This document shows positions 10,712 to 22,946 of a stretch of 64,000 nt of DNA, piece by piece. The translations under genes were made by a program, and so were the position numbers. The stretch is from NCBI GenBank assembly GCA_963727255.1, contig CAVSFC010000002.1, positions 384,001 through 448,000 of the forward strand, read 5' to 3'. The notes under the pieces were generated by a model. The model did not search any database. It worked only from the letters and a program-made list of their open reading frames with translations, and was not told the origin of the DNA. Within the stretch, counting starts at the first letter, position 1; the number at the start of each line of letters is the position of its first letter. The stretch comes from an uncultured bacterium. GTDB taxonomy: Bacteria; Babelota; Babeliae; Babelales; Vermiphilaceae.

Positions 10712-10806
10712 AGCAGTATATATTTTAGAGAGAATTTTGTTTTTTATTAATACTACTATAGATTAACGAGTAAAAGAATAAAAAGTCTCGCGTTGGAAAA
10801 AATAAT

Positions 10807-11717
10807 ATGAAGAAAATAGCCATGTCAGTTTTTTTTGTTTTGAATATTTTTGGTATGGAGTTGATAGAGAATAAAAAAAATACCGAGCTTATACCGCTGG
10901 TAAATAAGTCTCATGCCGATGAATGCTATGCTAAATTTCTCAACTCATTGCCTAAAGATAAATCAAAGATTAATGCAAAAATGATTGCAGCGCCGTTAAT
11001 CGAGAGGATAAATCGCAATGAAGACGAGTTAGTAAGGCAATATTTTAATCGTGAGATGGGTTGGATTGAAGCGTTACGCCGTGAACATATTAACGCAGGA
11101 AATGAAAAAGAAGACGAACTGAATGCACTGGCAAATAAAGAGTTATTTACCCGTGCGGTACTTTCTTATGTTGATGAACATATTGAGCAGCAAGAAAAAT
11201 TGAAAAGTTGGGGAGATGATTGTTTAGCGTTGATTAAGCCAGAAGAATCTAACTGTGGGCCGTTCATGACTAATCTCGGAATATCCGGCGTAGCTCTTTT
11301 TCTATCACTTATGGCCTCTATTACTAATGTTCCGTTTGCTTGTGAGTTAGAATGTGGATGCGCAGAAGTAACGGTAAATACGGGTTTGGCAATGATCAAT
11401 TGTCTTAAAAATTCAAAGGTTTTAGTGTGCCGTGTAATGTTACTCAAATAGGCCTGAACATTGATAAATGTTGCTTTAATTATGTTTTTTACGAATGCTA
11501 TGCCCAAGCAAAAAAATATAACGATCATGTTTATCCTAAACAAATGCTCAATGCATGGATACCATTAATGTGCGTTGGCGGAGGTCTTCCTTTTATGCAA
11601 CTTACCGCGCAGCTGATCGGATTATATTTAAGAAGAACAGCAAAAATTCCATCTCCAGAAATTAAGAAAGTGATAGAAGAGCAGCGCCGCACAGTTGCTC
11701 TCTATTCACAACCCTAA
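10807..11717 (+). CDS. Hypothetical exported/membrane protein, probably one gene with a frameshift near 11440
   Basis: Overlapping ORFs 10807-11451 and 11427-11717; signal ..IFG|MEL; Cys-rich hydrophobic C-half. Confidence 0.55.
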
Positions 11718-11864
11718 GACGGTTTGCTATCTAAAAACCTCATTCTTTGTTGCCTTTTTTAGTTTTCTTGACATTAAAACTGATTAAAATCATAAAATTA
11801 TTGACTATTCTATCAAGAAAACGTTAGAAAAAAGAAGAACGATTGCGCACTGCGCAATATAAAG

Positions 11865-11955
11865 CTTGCCTCTACTTCGCCCTTTCGGGCTTCGAAGAGC
11901 AAGCGAGCCGGCCTGTCCTTCGTAGCTTTAGCGTAGTAGGAAAGGCGCGGATAAT
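11865..11955. repeat. Two adjacent copies of the short hairpin repeat family
   Basis: cttgcctctacttcgccctttcgggcttcgaagagcaag followed by gccggcctgtccttcgtagctttagcgtagtaggaaaggc; the second also occurs near 51498 and 54535. Confidence 0.85.
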
Positions 11956-11985
11956 AGACTGGCTTGGTGGTAAAGGGAATTAGGG

Positions 11986-12711
11986 ATGAAGAGTGGTGGC
12001 AAAAAAGTCTTTTTAGTTGCGGTACTCGTAGCGGTTGCGGGGTTTGGCACCTATCGAATGGGCATGCAAATTTTTGGTGCTCAGCAGTTTCATTTTTCTC
12101 TCGATCCAAAATTATCTCCGGCGATGCATAAAGCTATCAAGCAAGCAGTCTATGAATCATATATTACTGCCTTGGCATCTCTTTGTGGCTTAGTGCAAGA
12201 TGCATGCCCCGCCTTGGAGCAGATAAGTATCGAGCGGCGAGCGAATAATAAGCTATATATCGCCGTGACGTGTAAACAACCATATTTGTGTATTGACACT
12301 AAAGTTCTGACTACCGCCGGCACGATAGTGGATAGCGCATGTTTTACTCCTACAGCGCTCGAACCATTGCCGGTTGTTACGCAAAAAAATTTGTTTGGCA
12401 AAGCAACCATCACGGATGAGTTTAAGCAGTGGCTTTTACAGCTTGATCCATCCGTCTTTGCCTCTTACGATATTGTTTGGACTGATGATTTTTCTATTCA
12501 ATTGCATGATAAGCAGAATAATCAGCAGACCATTTTGTGCAGTGTTTCTACTGCGCCCGATAAATCATTAAGAGAATTATGCCAGCGGATTATAGAAGAA
12601 AAAACTATTTGTGCGCAAGGGACGGCACGCAAATATGGGTATACCGCTGATATACGGTTTGAAAAACAAATAATTATATGCTCGCACAAAGGGGGGGCTT
12701 GTCATGGCTAA
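11986..12711 (+). CDS. ftsQ: Divergent FtsQ/DivIB-like cell division protein
   Basis: N-terminal TM, POTRA-like segment, terminal ADIRFEKQII motif, directly upstream of ftsA. Confidence 0.6.
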   Translation: MKSGGKKVFLVAVLVAVAGFGTYRMGMQIFGAQQFHFSLDPKLSPAMHKAIKQAVYESYITALASLCGLVQDACPALEQISIERRANNKLYIAVTCKQPYLCIDTKVLTTAGTIVDSACFTPTALEPLPVVTQKNLFGKATITDEFKQWLLQLDPSVFASYDIVWTDDFSIQLHDKQNNQQTILCSVSTAPDKSLRELCQRIIEEKTICAQGTARKYGYTADIRFEKQIIICSHKGGACHG

Positions 12712-13942
12712 AGTTTTTGCGGATAACATTGTGGTCTCAATCGATGTGGGCACTACCAAAATTTGCGTGTTGGTTGCTCATGTTCTTGATAAAGATCATG
12801 TTGAGATTTTGGGAGTGGGCAAAGCTCCTTCGGATGGTCTTGCGCAAAGGAGTGGTGGTTGATATTCAAAAAACTATCTCATCAATTAAAGCTGCAGTTA
12901 AAGAGGCTGAATTGATGGCAGATGTTACCATTAATACCGCTGCCGTTGGTATTTCTGGCGGGCATATTCAATCAACCAATTCACATGGTATGGTTGCAAT
13001 CAAGCAAGGTGAAGTAAAAGATTCTGATGTTGCCAATGTGATGAATGCGGCGCGGGCATTTGCGATTCCTGAAGGGATGCAAATTTTACATGTGATGCCC
13101 CAATTTTATGTGATTGATACTCGCGAAAAAGTTCAAAATCCGGTTGGCATGCACGGCATTCGTTTAGAAGTGCAGGCGCATGTGATTATGGGCGCTATTG
13201 CATCGGTGCAAAATTTAGTTAAATGTTGCGAAATGGCCGGCGTAAAAGTGACTGATATTATTTTAGAGCAATTAGCCTCTGCGCAAGCGGTTCTTTCTGA
13301 TGATGAACGTGAAATTGGGGTTGCAATGCTTGATATTGGTGGCGGAACTTCTGATTTGGCAATCTATCAAAATGGTAATATTCGCCATACGTATGTATTG
13401 CCCGTGGCAGGAAATCATTTTACTAATGATGTTGCGGTTGGATTGCGTACCACAATCAAAGATGCTGAACGTGTTAAAAAAGAATATGGCTTGCCTGTAT
13501 TGATTTACTGGAGCATGATCAGGTTATTGAAGTGCAAACGGCTCACGGTGATGAAACGCAGATTGGTGAATCATATCAGATCTGATTGCAATTATTGCAA
13601 CCACGAGCGCAAGAATTATTGACTCTGGTTCATGAAGAAATCATGAAGCATAAATTGCAATCGATGATGCCTTCAGGATTAGTGTTAACCGGTGGCGGAG
13701 CATTATTGCCGGGGATGAAAGAGTTTGCGCAAGAAATTTTTGGTGTGCCGGTGCGTATTGGTATGGTCAGAATGGCGCATGATTTGCCTGAATCACTTAG
13801 AAAGCCCAATTTATGCAACCGGGTATGGGTTACTCAAGCAGGTGATAAAGCAACAAGAACAGTGCGCTCGGCACACATTGGAGGCCCTGCTTTAACACGA
13901 ATATTTATGCGTATGAAATCATGGGTTATAGATTTCTTTTAA
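12704..13942 (+). CDS. ftsA: Cell division protein FtsA (apparent frameshifts)
   Basis: ATG at 12704 reads ..SIDVGTTKICVL; LDIGGGTSD; GLVLTGGGALL, spread across three frames. Confidence 0.92.
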
Positions 13943-13964
13943 TATAAAATCTAGGGAGAAGCAG

Positions 13965-15231
13965 ATGATTGAATTTGATAGCGCAGAACTTGCCCGAGAA
14001 AATTCGGCAAAAATAAAAGTATTGGGCGTTGGCGGTGCTGGCGGCAATACCGTGAATAGTATTATTGAATCAGGATATCAAGGAATTGAATATTTAGTGG
14101 TTAATACTGATGCGCAAGCATTAGAAAATTCAAAGGCACCAACAAAAATTCGCTTAGGTGCGCGATCCGCAAAAGGGTTGGCGCCGGCGCAAATCCAGAA
14201 GCAGGCAAGCGCGCAGCTGAAGAAACATTAAATGAGATTATGGAACAGCTTGAAGATGCTGATATTGTTTTCTTAACAGCTGGATATGGGCGGTGGAACC
14301 GGATCAGGAGCACTGCCCGTCATCGCGCGTGCACTTAAAAGAGCGCGGTATTTTATCTATTGCGGTGGTTACCACGCCCTTTCAATTTTGAAGGGAAAAA
14401 ACGCGCTGCAATTGCAGAAGCGGCGATTCAACAACTCAAAAAAGATGTTGATACGTTTGATTGTGATCCCAAATCAAAATCTTGCTTAATGTGGTTGATG
14501 CAAGCACTTCTATGATTGATGCATTTAATATGATCAATGCCGTGCTTGGCCAAGCAGTAAAAAGTATTTCTGATATTATCGCAAAACCGGGCCATATTAA
14601 TGTTGATTTTGCTGATGTTCGGGCAATTATGAAAGATCGCGGACTTGCCATTATGGGTGCTGCGCGAGCATGCGGGGAAGATCGTGCATTAGAAGCAACA
14701 TTGGCTGCAATCTCATCACCATTACTAGAAAATATGAATATCAAAGGATCCCAAAGCGTGCTTTTAAATATTACCGGCAGCAAAAATTTGAGCTTGCATG
14801 AAATTAGCCAAGCAGCTTCAATTATTTATGAACAAGCAGATGCTGATGCGCAAATTATTTTAGGCTCCGTGATTGATGAAAGCCTTGGCGATGATGTCTT
14901 GGTAACCATGATTGCAACTGGTTTTGAAGAAGCGCAACAAGCGGCGGCACAAGCAGAACAAGAAATTAAGGTAAAAGCGACGGTGCTTGATGTGGTGGAG
15001 ACTATTAAAGTGCATGTTGAAGCTCCTACGCAAGAAATGGCTGAATCAATGATGGCTGCGGCGCATAATGCACATATTCCGCACAAGCAAACTATTGCGC
15101 CTGCATTATCCCACTATAAAAAACCGGCAATGCATGAACCGGCTCCGGCCCATGATTTGCTTGGCGGTGACGATGCGCTCGATGTGCCTGCATTTATGAG
15201 AAAAGAGAAATCTGAATTAGAGAATAGCTAA
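13965..15231 (+). CDS. ftsZ: Cell division protein FtsZ (apparent frameshifts)
   Basis: IKVLGVGGAGGN, MGGGTGSGA, INVDFADVR, C-terminal LDVPAFMRK. Confidence 0.95.
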
Positions 15232-15237
15232 AAAAAT

Positions 15238-15279
15238 ACCCGCTCGAGCGCATGAAGCATTCGCGCGGGTTTATTTTTT
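15238..15279. terminator. Probable bidirectional terminator after ftsZ
   Basis: acccgc..gcgggt stem flanked by A and T tracts between convergent genes. Confidence 0.55.
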
Positions 15280-15286
15280 AATCAGT

Positions 15287-15910
15287 TTATGCAGCTCTCA
15301 ATCGTTCGCATGTTCCGCAGACGAATTGAGTTTGCGGTTGCGTGAATGATTTGGCCATGAGGCAGATATTGTTCCCTATATTTGCTTCCTGAATAAAACC
15401 AAATTTTTTATACAAATTTATTGCAGGCGTATTATGCGCTAAAACATATAATTCCAGCCCACTGGCTTTTAATTGTTGTGCCAGTTCTTGCGCCGCTGCG
15501 AGTAACTGATAACCTAATCCCATATTGCGGAATTTTGCATCGACTGCCAAAATTTCGACCATGCCATAATTGCCCGGGACAAAGCTCATCGCCCCTGCTA
15601 TTTGGCCATTAACGCGAATAACTTTAACAGTTGTCTTCATTCCAGGGCGATTGCATGATTGGCAATCTAAGAATAATCGTTCAAATTCTTTTTCATTAAA
15701 AGAAGGATCAGTTGATACAACTGACCAATTATCTTTTAGTATTTGTTTAACCGCTTCATAATCACGAGCAATATCATAATCAAGTACTTTTACTTGATTA
15801 GTGTCTTGTTCAAGAGTTATGAATGGAATAGTAGAAGTCTCTGCTTTTGCAGCAAAAGAAGCAAGTAATAAAGAAGCCAATAAAAGCTTCTGAGTAATAG
15901 AATGTGCCAT
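15287..15910 (-). CDS. GNAT acetyltransferase with signal peptide
   Basis: LAVDAKFRNMGLGYQL motif A, NTPAINLYKKFGF. Confidence 0.88.
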   Translation of the reverse strand: MAHSITQKLLLASLLLASFAAKAETSTIPFITLEQDTNQVKVLDYDIARDYEAVKQILKDNWSVVSTDPSFNEKEFERLFLDCQSCNRPGMKTTVKVIRVNGQIAGAMSFVPGNYGMVEILAVDAKFRNMGLGYQLLAAAQELAQQLKASGLELYVLAHNTPAINLYKKFGFIQEANIGNNICLMAKSFTQPQTQFVCGTCERLRAA

Positions 15911-16040
15911 GATTTAACCTCCAAAGATAATCTAATGGTACATTCTTAAGAATAGGTGAAAATAGAGAAATAGCAAGATCTTGATATATAAATTGACAAA
16001 TAGAAATAAAAAAACATGAGGTCTTGCCCCCCAGTTTCTC

Positions 16041-16568
16041 CTAGGAAGCGTTATTTTCGAAATTTCTCACTAGAAGACGAGATTCTCCACTCGAAAGATT
16101 AAAAATAGTTTCTAGATGAGAAAGATTGCCTAATAAAATTTCGCGCTTTTCATAGGTATTATTTTCTTGCAAATTTTTTATAAGATTATCGATTTTAATT
16201 TTGTTTTCTTCTGGAGTTGTTTGGGCAATGTGATATTCAAGCAATATCAAGAGACCTTTTTGAGGCATTTGCAATGTAGTTGATGAAATATCTAAAATAA
16301 TAGCTGTTTGCAAGCTTGGTTCATTGATACAAAGCGCGCAAATTTTTTTAATGGTAGCTATCGCTTCTTGCTGAGAGGCGTTAAATGCTTGCGCGCTAGT
16401 ATCATCCTTTGTGGATTCACATTGCTTAATAAGTGAAGAAATCAATGACTCACAGCCTTTCCATTTTTGATGAGAATATTGCTCAGAATGAGTAACATGC
16501 AAGCAAAATTTATAGTAAATCTCCGATGCCGTTTCCGGATAACATGGATTTACGAGTATAAGGCACAA
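16041..16568 (-). CDS. Hypothetical protein (true start possibly near 16600)
   Basis: 175-aa ORF; upstream RBS and ATG are out of frame. Confidence 0.55.
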   Translation of the reverse strand: MCLILVNPCYPETASEIYYKFCLHVTHSEQYSHQKWKGCESLISSLIKQCESTKDDTSAQAFNASQQEAIATIKKICALCINEPSLQTAIILDISSTTLQMPQKGLLILLEYHIAQTTPEENKIKIDNLIKNLQENNTYEKREILLGNLSHLETIFNLSSGESRLLVRNFENNAS

Positions 16569-16688
16569 TAGAGCAAACTATCTAAAAGAGAGATTTTCAT
16601 GAAAGATCTCCTTAATGAGATTTTATTTAGATTAAGAATCATGCTCTAATTGCGCTTTTAACATCGAAGAAATAAAACAATGTTATTA

Positions 16689-17273
16689 TTAACCTATTTG
16701 TTTAGAAAGTAAGAAGTAAGCCGGAAACATTTTCTTGATGGAAAACCCGAGATGCTTATAAAATTGAATAGCGGGGTTATTGTTGGGGTAGACGTAGAGT
16801 TGGATATATTTGCACCCCAAACGGGAAAACCAATCTTGCACATAGGTAATCAGTTTTTTGCCGTATCCAAGACCTTTATAAGGGCTATCAATAGCGAGTA
16901 ATTCCACGTGCCCAGTGATTGCATCTGCTTGATAGTAGGTAATAAAGCCGAGCAGCGTTGTATTCTCTTTGAGCGTAGTGATAAATAATCGTTTATGGTG
17001 CATGGTAATATCGCCCGGCCTCTGATCTTTAAAAATAATACTAATCAAATTTTGGTCATAGGCGGGCGTTAAAAACAATGTGTGCCATTCTTTTTTGAGT
17101 ATCTGTTCTACCGCTGGCATATCAGTTTGATAATTAAAAGAAGTTATTATCGGCTGTGCGCATATGATTGCTTGAAAAAATAAGATAGAAAATGCAAAAT
17201 TCTTAACCATAAAGATATCCTTTTTTGCTTTTTTCATACTATCAGCTACGCTTTCTAATGCAATCCTTAACAT
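16689..17273 (-). CDS. GNAT acetyltransferase with signal peptide (likely start near 17210)
   Basis: LAIDSPYKGLGYGKKL, NNPAIQFYKHLGF; paralog of 15287-15910. Confidence 0.88.
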   Translation of the reverse strand: MLRIALESVADSMKKAKKDIFMVKNFAFSILFFQAIICAQPIITSFNYQTDMPAVEQILKKEWHTLFLTPAYDQNLISIIFKDQRPGDITMHHKRLFITTLKENTTLLGFITYYQADAITGHVELLAIDSPYKGLGYGKKLITYVQDWFSRLGCKYIQLYVYPNNNPAIQFYKHLGFSIKKMFPAYFLLSKQIG

Positions 17274-17292
17274 TTTAAATTACGAGGTTCTT

Positions 17293-18462
17293 ATGATGGT
17301 TGCTCCACGTTTAGTAGTGTTGATGCTCTTATTTTCACATGCTGCTTTTGCAGGAAACCATTATGGTTATCCTCGCCGAAGATATGATCCTTCAGAGCAT
17401 TATAAAAATGGTCCGAGTGCAGTTGAGACTGTTGCGGCCATTGGTTGTTTGGCCGCGATTGGTTATGGAATTTATAAATTTTGCGATTGGCTCTTTACTC
17501 CATCAGATGAAAAAGTATTGCAGCGCGGTATTGATGAATTGCAGTATGCCCATCTTCATTATGATGGCGCGATTGGATTCATGGAATTCCATTACTCAGC
17601 GATTCCTGATAATGTGCGGGATCAAAAAAGATTAATCCAAAGCGTTAATGAAGCTGTCCTTTATGATTATGCAATCTCTTATAAAAAAGATACCAGCATA
17701 AATGGCATTTTAACAAATATGGGCAGTGTAATTTCTTCATTGCAATCAGCGCATACTTCATTGGCTGAGCGTATCAAAAAGTTGCGCAACAATGATGGAA
17801 ATCAAAGCATGATCACCAATATGCAGCAAGTTGATCAAGAGATTATTGGGCTTTTATGCAAATTAGAGTTCGTGCATGAATATTTTTCGCACCATAGAAG
17901 TTACTATCATTTGTTTGATTTAGAAGCACGATTGTTGCATGCATATGAATTCGAATTAAATGCAATTAATCAAAGCCAAATGAACCCTGTTTATGTGCGC
18001 GAGGCAGTACGAGCGAGCGTTATGCGCCAGGCTTCTGCTCGCACTGGATATGCGTATATGCATTATGTTGATCGTGCGCAAGCAGATTGCAATGCGCTCG
18101 GCGGTGCACTGGGTAGTCTTCCTTATAATTATGCAAATCGCATTGGAGCAGCCGGAGTATTATTGCATAATCTAAAAGTAATTCACACGATCGTAGTTGC
18201 TGAAGATGCCTATCATCAAGAAGTGCTGGCCTATAAAAAAGAACAATTAGAGAAAGAACGCATCAATGCTGAGCGTGCAAAGGCAGCTGCAGCGGCTGCG
18301 CAAGCGGCAGCAATGCAACATCAAGCATGGGAAATGCAAAAGCAAAATCAGTTGCATGCACAGCAAATTCGTGTTGACTCCGAACGTAACGCAATCATGG
18401 CTACTCAAACGATCGTAAATGCCTTGAACCCTCCCCAGCCCCAAGTTAATGTATATGTATGA
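17293..18462 (+). CDS. Hypothetical exported protein with Ala/Gln-rich coiled tail
   Basis: 389-aa ORF, signal peptide AFA|G. Confidence 0.75.
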   Translation: MMVAPRLVVLMLLFSHAAFAGNHYGYPRRRYDPSEHYKNGPSAVETVAAIGCLAAIGYGIYKFCDWLFTPSDEKVLQRGIDELQYAHLHYDGAIGFMEFHYSAIPDNVRDQKRLIQSVNEAVLYDYAISYKKDTSINGILTNMGSVISSLQSAHTSLAERIKKLRNNDGNQSMITNMQQVDQEIIGLLCKLEFVHEYFSHHRSYYHLFDLEARLLHAYEFELNAINQSQMNPVYVREAVRASVMRQASARTGYAYMHYVDRAQADCNALGGALGSLPYNYANRIGAAGVLLHNLKVIHTIVVAEDAYHQEVLAYKKEQLEKERINAERAKAAAAAAQAAAMQHQAWEMQKQNQLHAQQIRVDSERNAIMATQTIVNALNPPQPQVNVYV

Positions 18463-19169
18463 TCTATCGCGACGCAAAAATAAAAATATATTTTGGCGGA
18501 GTCCAAGACGATATCGATAAGCTTGCCGATGCGATCCCCAGAGAAGCTCCGCTTGTTGCAGATGCAAAGTTTAATCGCATAAGCGAACTTCTTGCGGCTG
18601 AGCATCTTGCTTTCTTAAATCAAACGCATAGTGATCATGGTTTAATTGTTAAAGATCGGATTCCTGCCTTTGATCATGATGGAGATTTTTTAATAGCCGC
18701 AAAAAATAAAATTGGCATCGGTATCCTGAGCGCCGATTGCTTGCCAATTGCAATGTATGATCCAAAAAATCATGTTGCGGCGATTGTGCATGCAGGTTGG
18801 AAAGGTTCACTTGCAGGAGTTGCGCAAAATGCAATGAAGGCTATGCAGCAAGAATTTGGAACTCAGGCAAATGATCTGCAAGTCTTCTTTGGGCCGAGCG
18901 CGAATGTGGAATGTTATCAAGTGAGCGCTGATTTTTCTAATAATTTAACTGGTTGCTCCTATAGCAATCAGGTCTTTAAGAAAATAGGCGATTCCCATTA
19001 TTTTGATTTGCCTCTTTTTAACGCATTGCAATTGCAGATGGCAGGAGTCCCAGAAGATGCTATTTCTCGCGAATACAATTTTTGCACAATGTGCGATGAT
19101 CGTTTTTTTTCGAGCAGGCGCCTCAATGGGATTCCAAGCAGGCAAGCAACTATTGTTGTTTTAGCTTAA
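18459..19169 (+). CDS. pgeF: YfiH/PgeF family protein
   Basis: NQTHS, GDFL, SADCLP, HAGWKG, FFSSRR. Confidence 0.9.
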   Translation: MIYRDAKIKIYFGGVQDDIDKLADAIPREAPLVADAKFNRISELLAAEHLAFLNQTHSDHGLIVKDRIPAFDHDGDFLIAAKNKIGIGILSADCLPIAMYDPKNHVAAIVHAGWKGSLAGVAQNAMKAMQQEFGTQANDLQVFFGPSANVECYQVSADFSNNLTGCSYSNQVFKKIGDSHYFDLPLFNALQLQMAGVPEDAISREYNFCTMCDDRFFSSRRLNGIPSRQATIVVLA

Positions 19170-19362
19170 TTATTCGAATGTTTTTATGCCAATGCTCCCC
19201 ATAAGATATCCTAATTGTAAATGATTAATGATTCAGCTATAAGATCCCATCAGTAAAAAAACAAGATGGTTTTTTTGCGCACGTCTTGTTGATTTTTCGC
19301 TTCTATGATAGGATAAAAACTGTTTTAAAAAGTTTTTTTGAAGAGCATAAGGAATCTTTAAA

Positions 19363-21934
19363 ATGATAGCACGTATTTTAGCCATAATTCTGGGCACCAA
19401 TAATGCGCGCCAATTGCGCAAAATTCAGCCCATTGTTGATAAGATTAATGCTCTTGAGCCAGCCATTAGCGCTTTGAGTGATGAATCACTTGCAAGCAAA
19501 ACAATTGAATTTAAAGAGCAGCTTGGCCAAAGGCCAAACGCTTGATGATATTTTGCCTGAAGCATTTGCGGTTGTGCGTGAAGCATCAAAACGTAAAATT
19601 GGGCCAGCGCCATTATGATGTGCAGCTGATTGGTGGAATTGTGCTTGCATCAAGGAAAAATTTCTGAAATGAAAACCGGTGAAGGTAAAACACTCACCGC
19701 AACCTTGCCGCTCTATTTAAATGCACTTGCCGGGCAAAGGCGCTCATCTGGTAACCGTAAACGATTATTTGGCTCGCCGTGATGCTGAATGGATGGCCCC
19801 GATCTTTACTTTCCTTGGTTTAACAGTTGGTTGTTTGCAAAATCATATGCATGATCATGAGCGCAAAAAGCAATATGCATGCGATATTCTATATGCGACC
19901 AATAATGAACTTGGCTTTGATTATTTGCGCGATAATATGAAATTCCGCTTGAAGATTATGTGCAGCGCGAGCTTTACTTATGCAATTGTGGATGAAGTTG
20001 ACTCGATTTTGATCGATGAAGCGCGAACACCGCTTATTATTTCCGGCTCCTCGGATGAAAGCAGTCAATTATATGTAACTGCTGATAAAGTGGTGCGCCG
20101 ACTGGCAAAAAGTGAAGATTATGAAGTTGATGAAAAGCAACGCAGTGTGCAGCTGACTGAAAGCGGCAATGATAAAGTTGAAAAAGCACTTGAAGTTCCA
20201 AATCTTTATGCGGTTGAAAATCTTAATTTATTGCATCATGTTAATCAGGCATTGCGCGCGCATGCATTATTTAAGCGCGATGTTGATTATGTGGTTAAAG
20301 ATGGTGAAGTGCTTATTGTTGATGAATTTACCGGCCGTATTTTGCCCGGCCGCCGTTATAGCGATGGATTGCACCAAGCACTAGAAGCAAAAGAAGGCGT
20401 TGAGATTGAACAAGAAACGCCAAACACTTGCTTCCATCACCTTGCAAAATTATTTTAGACTATATAAAAAACTTGCTGGTATGACCGGTACGGCAGCAAC
20501 TGAAGCGGAAGAATTTTATAAAATTTATAAACTTGATGTTGTTTCTATTCCAACCAATAAGACAGATGATTCGTGATGATAAAGCCGGATCTTATTTTCC
20601 TAACTAAAAATGCAAAATATAAAGCGATTGTTGAAGATGTTAAAGAGCGCCATGAAAAAGGGCCAGCCGGTACTTATTGGTACCATTGCGATTGAAACAT
20701 CAGAATTATTAAGCGATGTTTTAACTGCAAATGGTATTCCGCATGATGTGCTTAATGCAAAACATCATCAGCGCGAAGCAGAAATTGTGGAGCATGCGGG
20801 TGAACCGGGCAGAGTTACCATTGCAACCAATATGGCCGGCCGTGGTACTGATATTAAATTAACTCCTGAATCAGTCAAAGCGGGTGGTTTATATATTTTG
20901 GGCACTGAGCGCCATGAAAGCCGACGTATTGATAATCAGTTGCGTGGACGTTCAGGCCGTCAAGGCGATCCGGGCGAATCTCGTTTTTATATTTCACTTG
21001 AAGATGATCTTATTCGTATTTTTGCGGGCGAAAATCTCAAGAAAAATATGGAACGTTTTGGCATGAAAGAAGATGAGATTATTGAATCTCCTTTTATTTC
21101 AAAAACTATTGAACGCGCGCAAGAACAGGTTGAAAAACAAAACTTTGAAATTCGTAAACATCTTGCTTGAATATGATGATGTTTTAAATCAGCAACGTAT
21201 TGTGGTTTATCGTATTCGCCGCGATGTTCTTGAAGGCGAGCGAGCATATTTTTGAACTGGTGCGTGATATGATTCTCAAGACTGATTGAAGATGTGGTTG
21301 CGCGCCATTGCCCGAGCCGTTCAATTAATGCTGAACAAATTCAAGCAATTATTAATGAAGTTGCAGCAACTGACGCGGTTCAAAGCCAGCTGATTTTGAA
21401 GCTGCAAACTTTAAGCACAAGCAATCGCGATGATTTTGAAACTGATTTAAGCAAATTTGTGCTTGAGAGATATGAACATATATCGTCAGCGCCAAAATCA
21501 AGAAATTATTCAAAATGCAGAAAAATGGCTCATGCTTGAAACAATTGATCAGGCATGGAAGCAGCATATGCTTAATCTTGATCATTTAAAAGAAGGCATC
21601 AGTTTGCGTCAGCTATGGCCAAAAGAATCCGCTCATTGAATATAAGCGTGAAGCATTTGCGATGTTCCAAGAAATGATGCAAGATATCCAGCGCATGACG
21701 GTGCATCATATTTTCCATCTGAATACTGAGCGCTTTGATCAGCATGAACTTGAGAAGAAGCGTGAACGTGAACTTGATCAAATTAATTTGCTTTCCGGCC
21801 ATGGAAGTGCCGAAGGCGATGGCAGTTCAGCTCCTCGCGAGCAGGCTCGCGCTGAAAATACTACCGGGCGTAATGAGCTTTGCCCATGCGGTTCCGGCAA
21901 GAAATTCAAAAAATGCCATGGTGCTGGAAAATAA
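19363..21934 (+). CDS. secA: Protein translocase subunit SecA (apparent frameshifts)
   Basis: [73 protein letters not shown]. Confidence 0.97.
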
Positions 21935-21975
21935 TTTTCGATTAAATATAAAATATAAACATCAAAGGACAATTC

Positions 21976-22404
21976 ATGCAAAAACAATTATGGCTCTCAT
22001 TACTTATTGTTGCTAATAGCTTTTCAATGGAAGATCCTAATAGAATTTATTTTGTGTATCCAGCGCTTGACGCAGCTTCTAAAAATCCAGAACAATTGCG
22101 CACAATGATTGAACAAGGGTGCCCATTTATATTTCCAAATGAAGTTATCAGTGCCCAACCAATCTATGCAGCTTTTCATTCCTTAAATAGCGAATCTGTA
22201 GAAATTCTGCTGGAATCAGGTGTTAAGCTCGATCAAAGGTATAAAGGAATTCTTGATCATTGTAATGAATTTATTACCTTAGAGGATGCCTTTAAAAAAA
22301 ATTTCTTAACGAACAATCTTGATTTATCGAAGTCTCGCGAACTTTTAAAAAAATATCTGGATCAACATAAAAATAAATCTGATTCCGCAAAGACAAATTC
22401 GTAG
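21976..22404 (+). CDS. Exported hypothetical protein, degenerate ankyrin-like
   Basis: Signal ..SFS|MED; QPIYAAF..SVEILLESGV; paralog of next gene. Confidence 0.6.
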   Translation: MQKQLWLSLLIVANSFSMEDPNRIYFVYPALDAASKNPEQLRTMIEQGCPFIFPNEVISAQPIYAAFHSLNSESVEILLESGVKLDQRYKGILDHCNEFITLEDAFKKNFLTNNLDLSKSRELLKKYLDQHKNKSDSAKTNS

Positions 22405-22412
22405 GAAAACGC

Positions 22413-22889
22413 ATGCAAAAACAGTTATTAATTCTGATTTTATTTTTTGCTAATGCTTATTCAATGCAAGATGGTATTCAAGATTTATCTGATCAGGAAA
22501 AGCAAGATCTTGTGCATCTAGTATCTTATGCCCTCCCATCGCTATTACCTGAAATCCAAAATTCTATTCAAGTATTATCTGTTGAAGACAAGAAAAATCT
22601 TATGCTTTTAACAGCACTGGAATCACCTGAGTTGTTGCAGGCATTAATCAAGAAAGCAAAATTCCCGTTCATCTTTCCAAATGATGGTATAGGAAGTCAA
22701 CCAATTTGTAATGCGTTTATATCTTGCAACCGTGCATCGATAGAAGTTCTTCTTGAAGCAGGTGTTTCATTGGATCAAAAATATAAAAGTAATCGAAGTG
22801 GTCAACTAGTTACACTAGAAGAAGGGCTCAGTGAAGATGGAAATATATTTTCAGCTTCTATTGCCCTTTTAAGAGAATATATTAATTAA
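22413..22889 (+). CDS. Exported hypothetical protein, degenerate ankyrin-like (tandem paralog)
   Basis: Signal ..AYS|MQD; shared PFIFPN..QPI..AF..LLE.GV.LDQ.YK. Confidence 0.6.
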   Translation: MQKQLLILILFFANAYSMQDGIQDLSDQEKQDLVHLVSYALPSLLPEIQNSIQVLSVEDKKNLMLLTALESPELLQALIKKAKFPFIFPNDGIGSQPICNAFISCNRASIEVLLEAGVSLDQKYKSNRSGQLVTLEEGLSEDGNIFSASIALLREYIN

Positions 22890-22946
22890 GAAGAAGAAGG
22901 GCAATGCATAAGCATAAAAGCTATTGCTGCTTCAGAATCTTTTTTG

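Noticed and set aside
12704..21934. Pseudogenisation or programmed frameshifting of ftsA, ftsZ and secA
   Set aside because: Multiple scattered indels, no shared slippery motif, and otherwise conserved essential proteins; sequencing error is simpler
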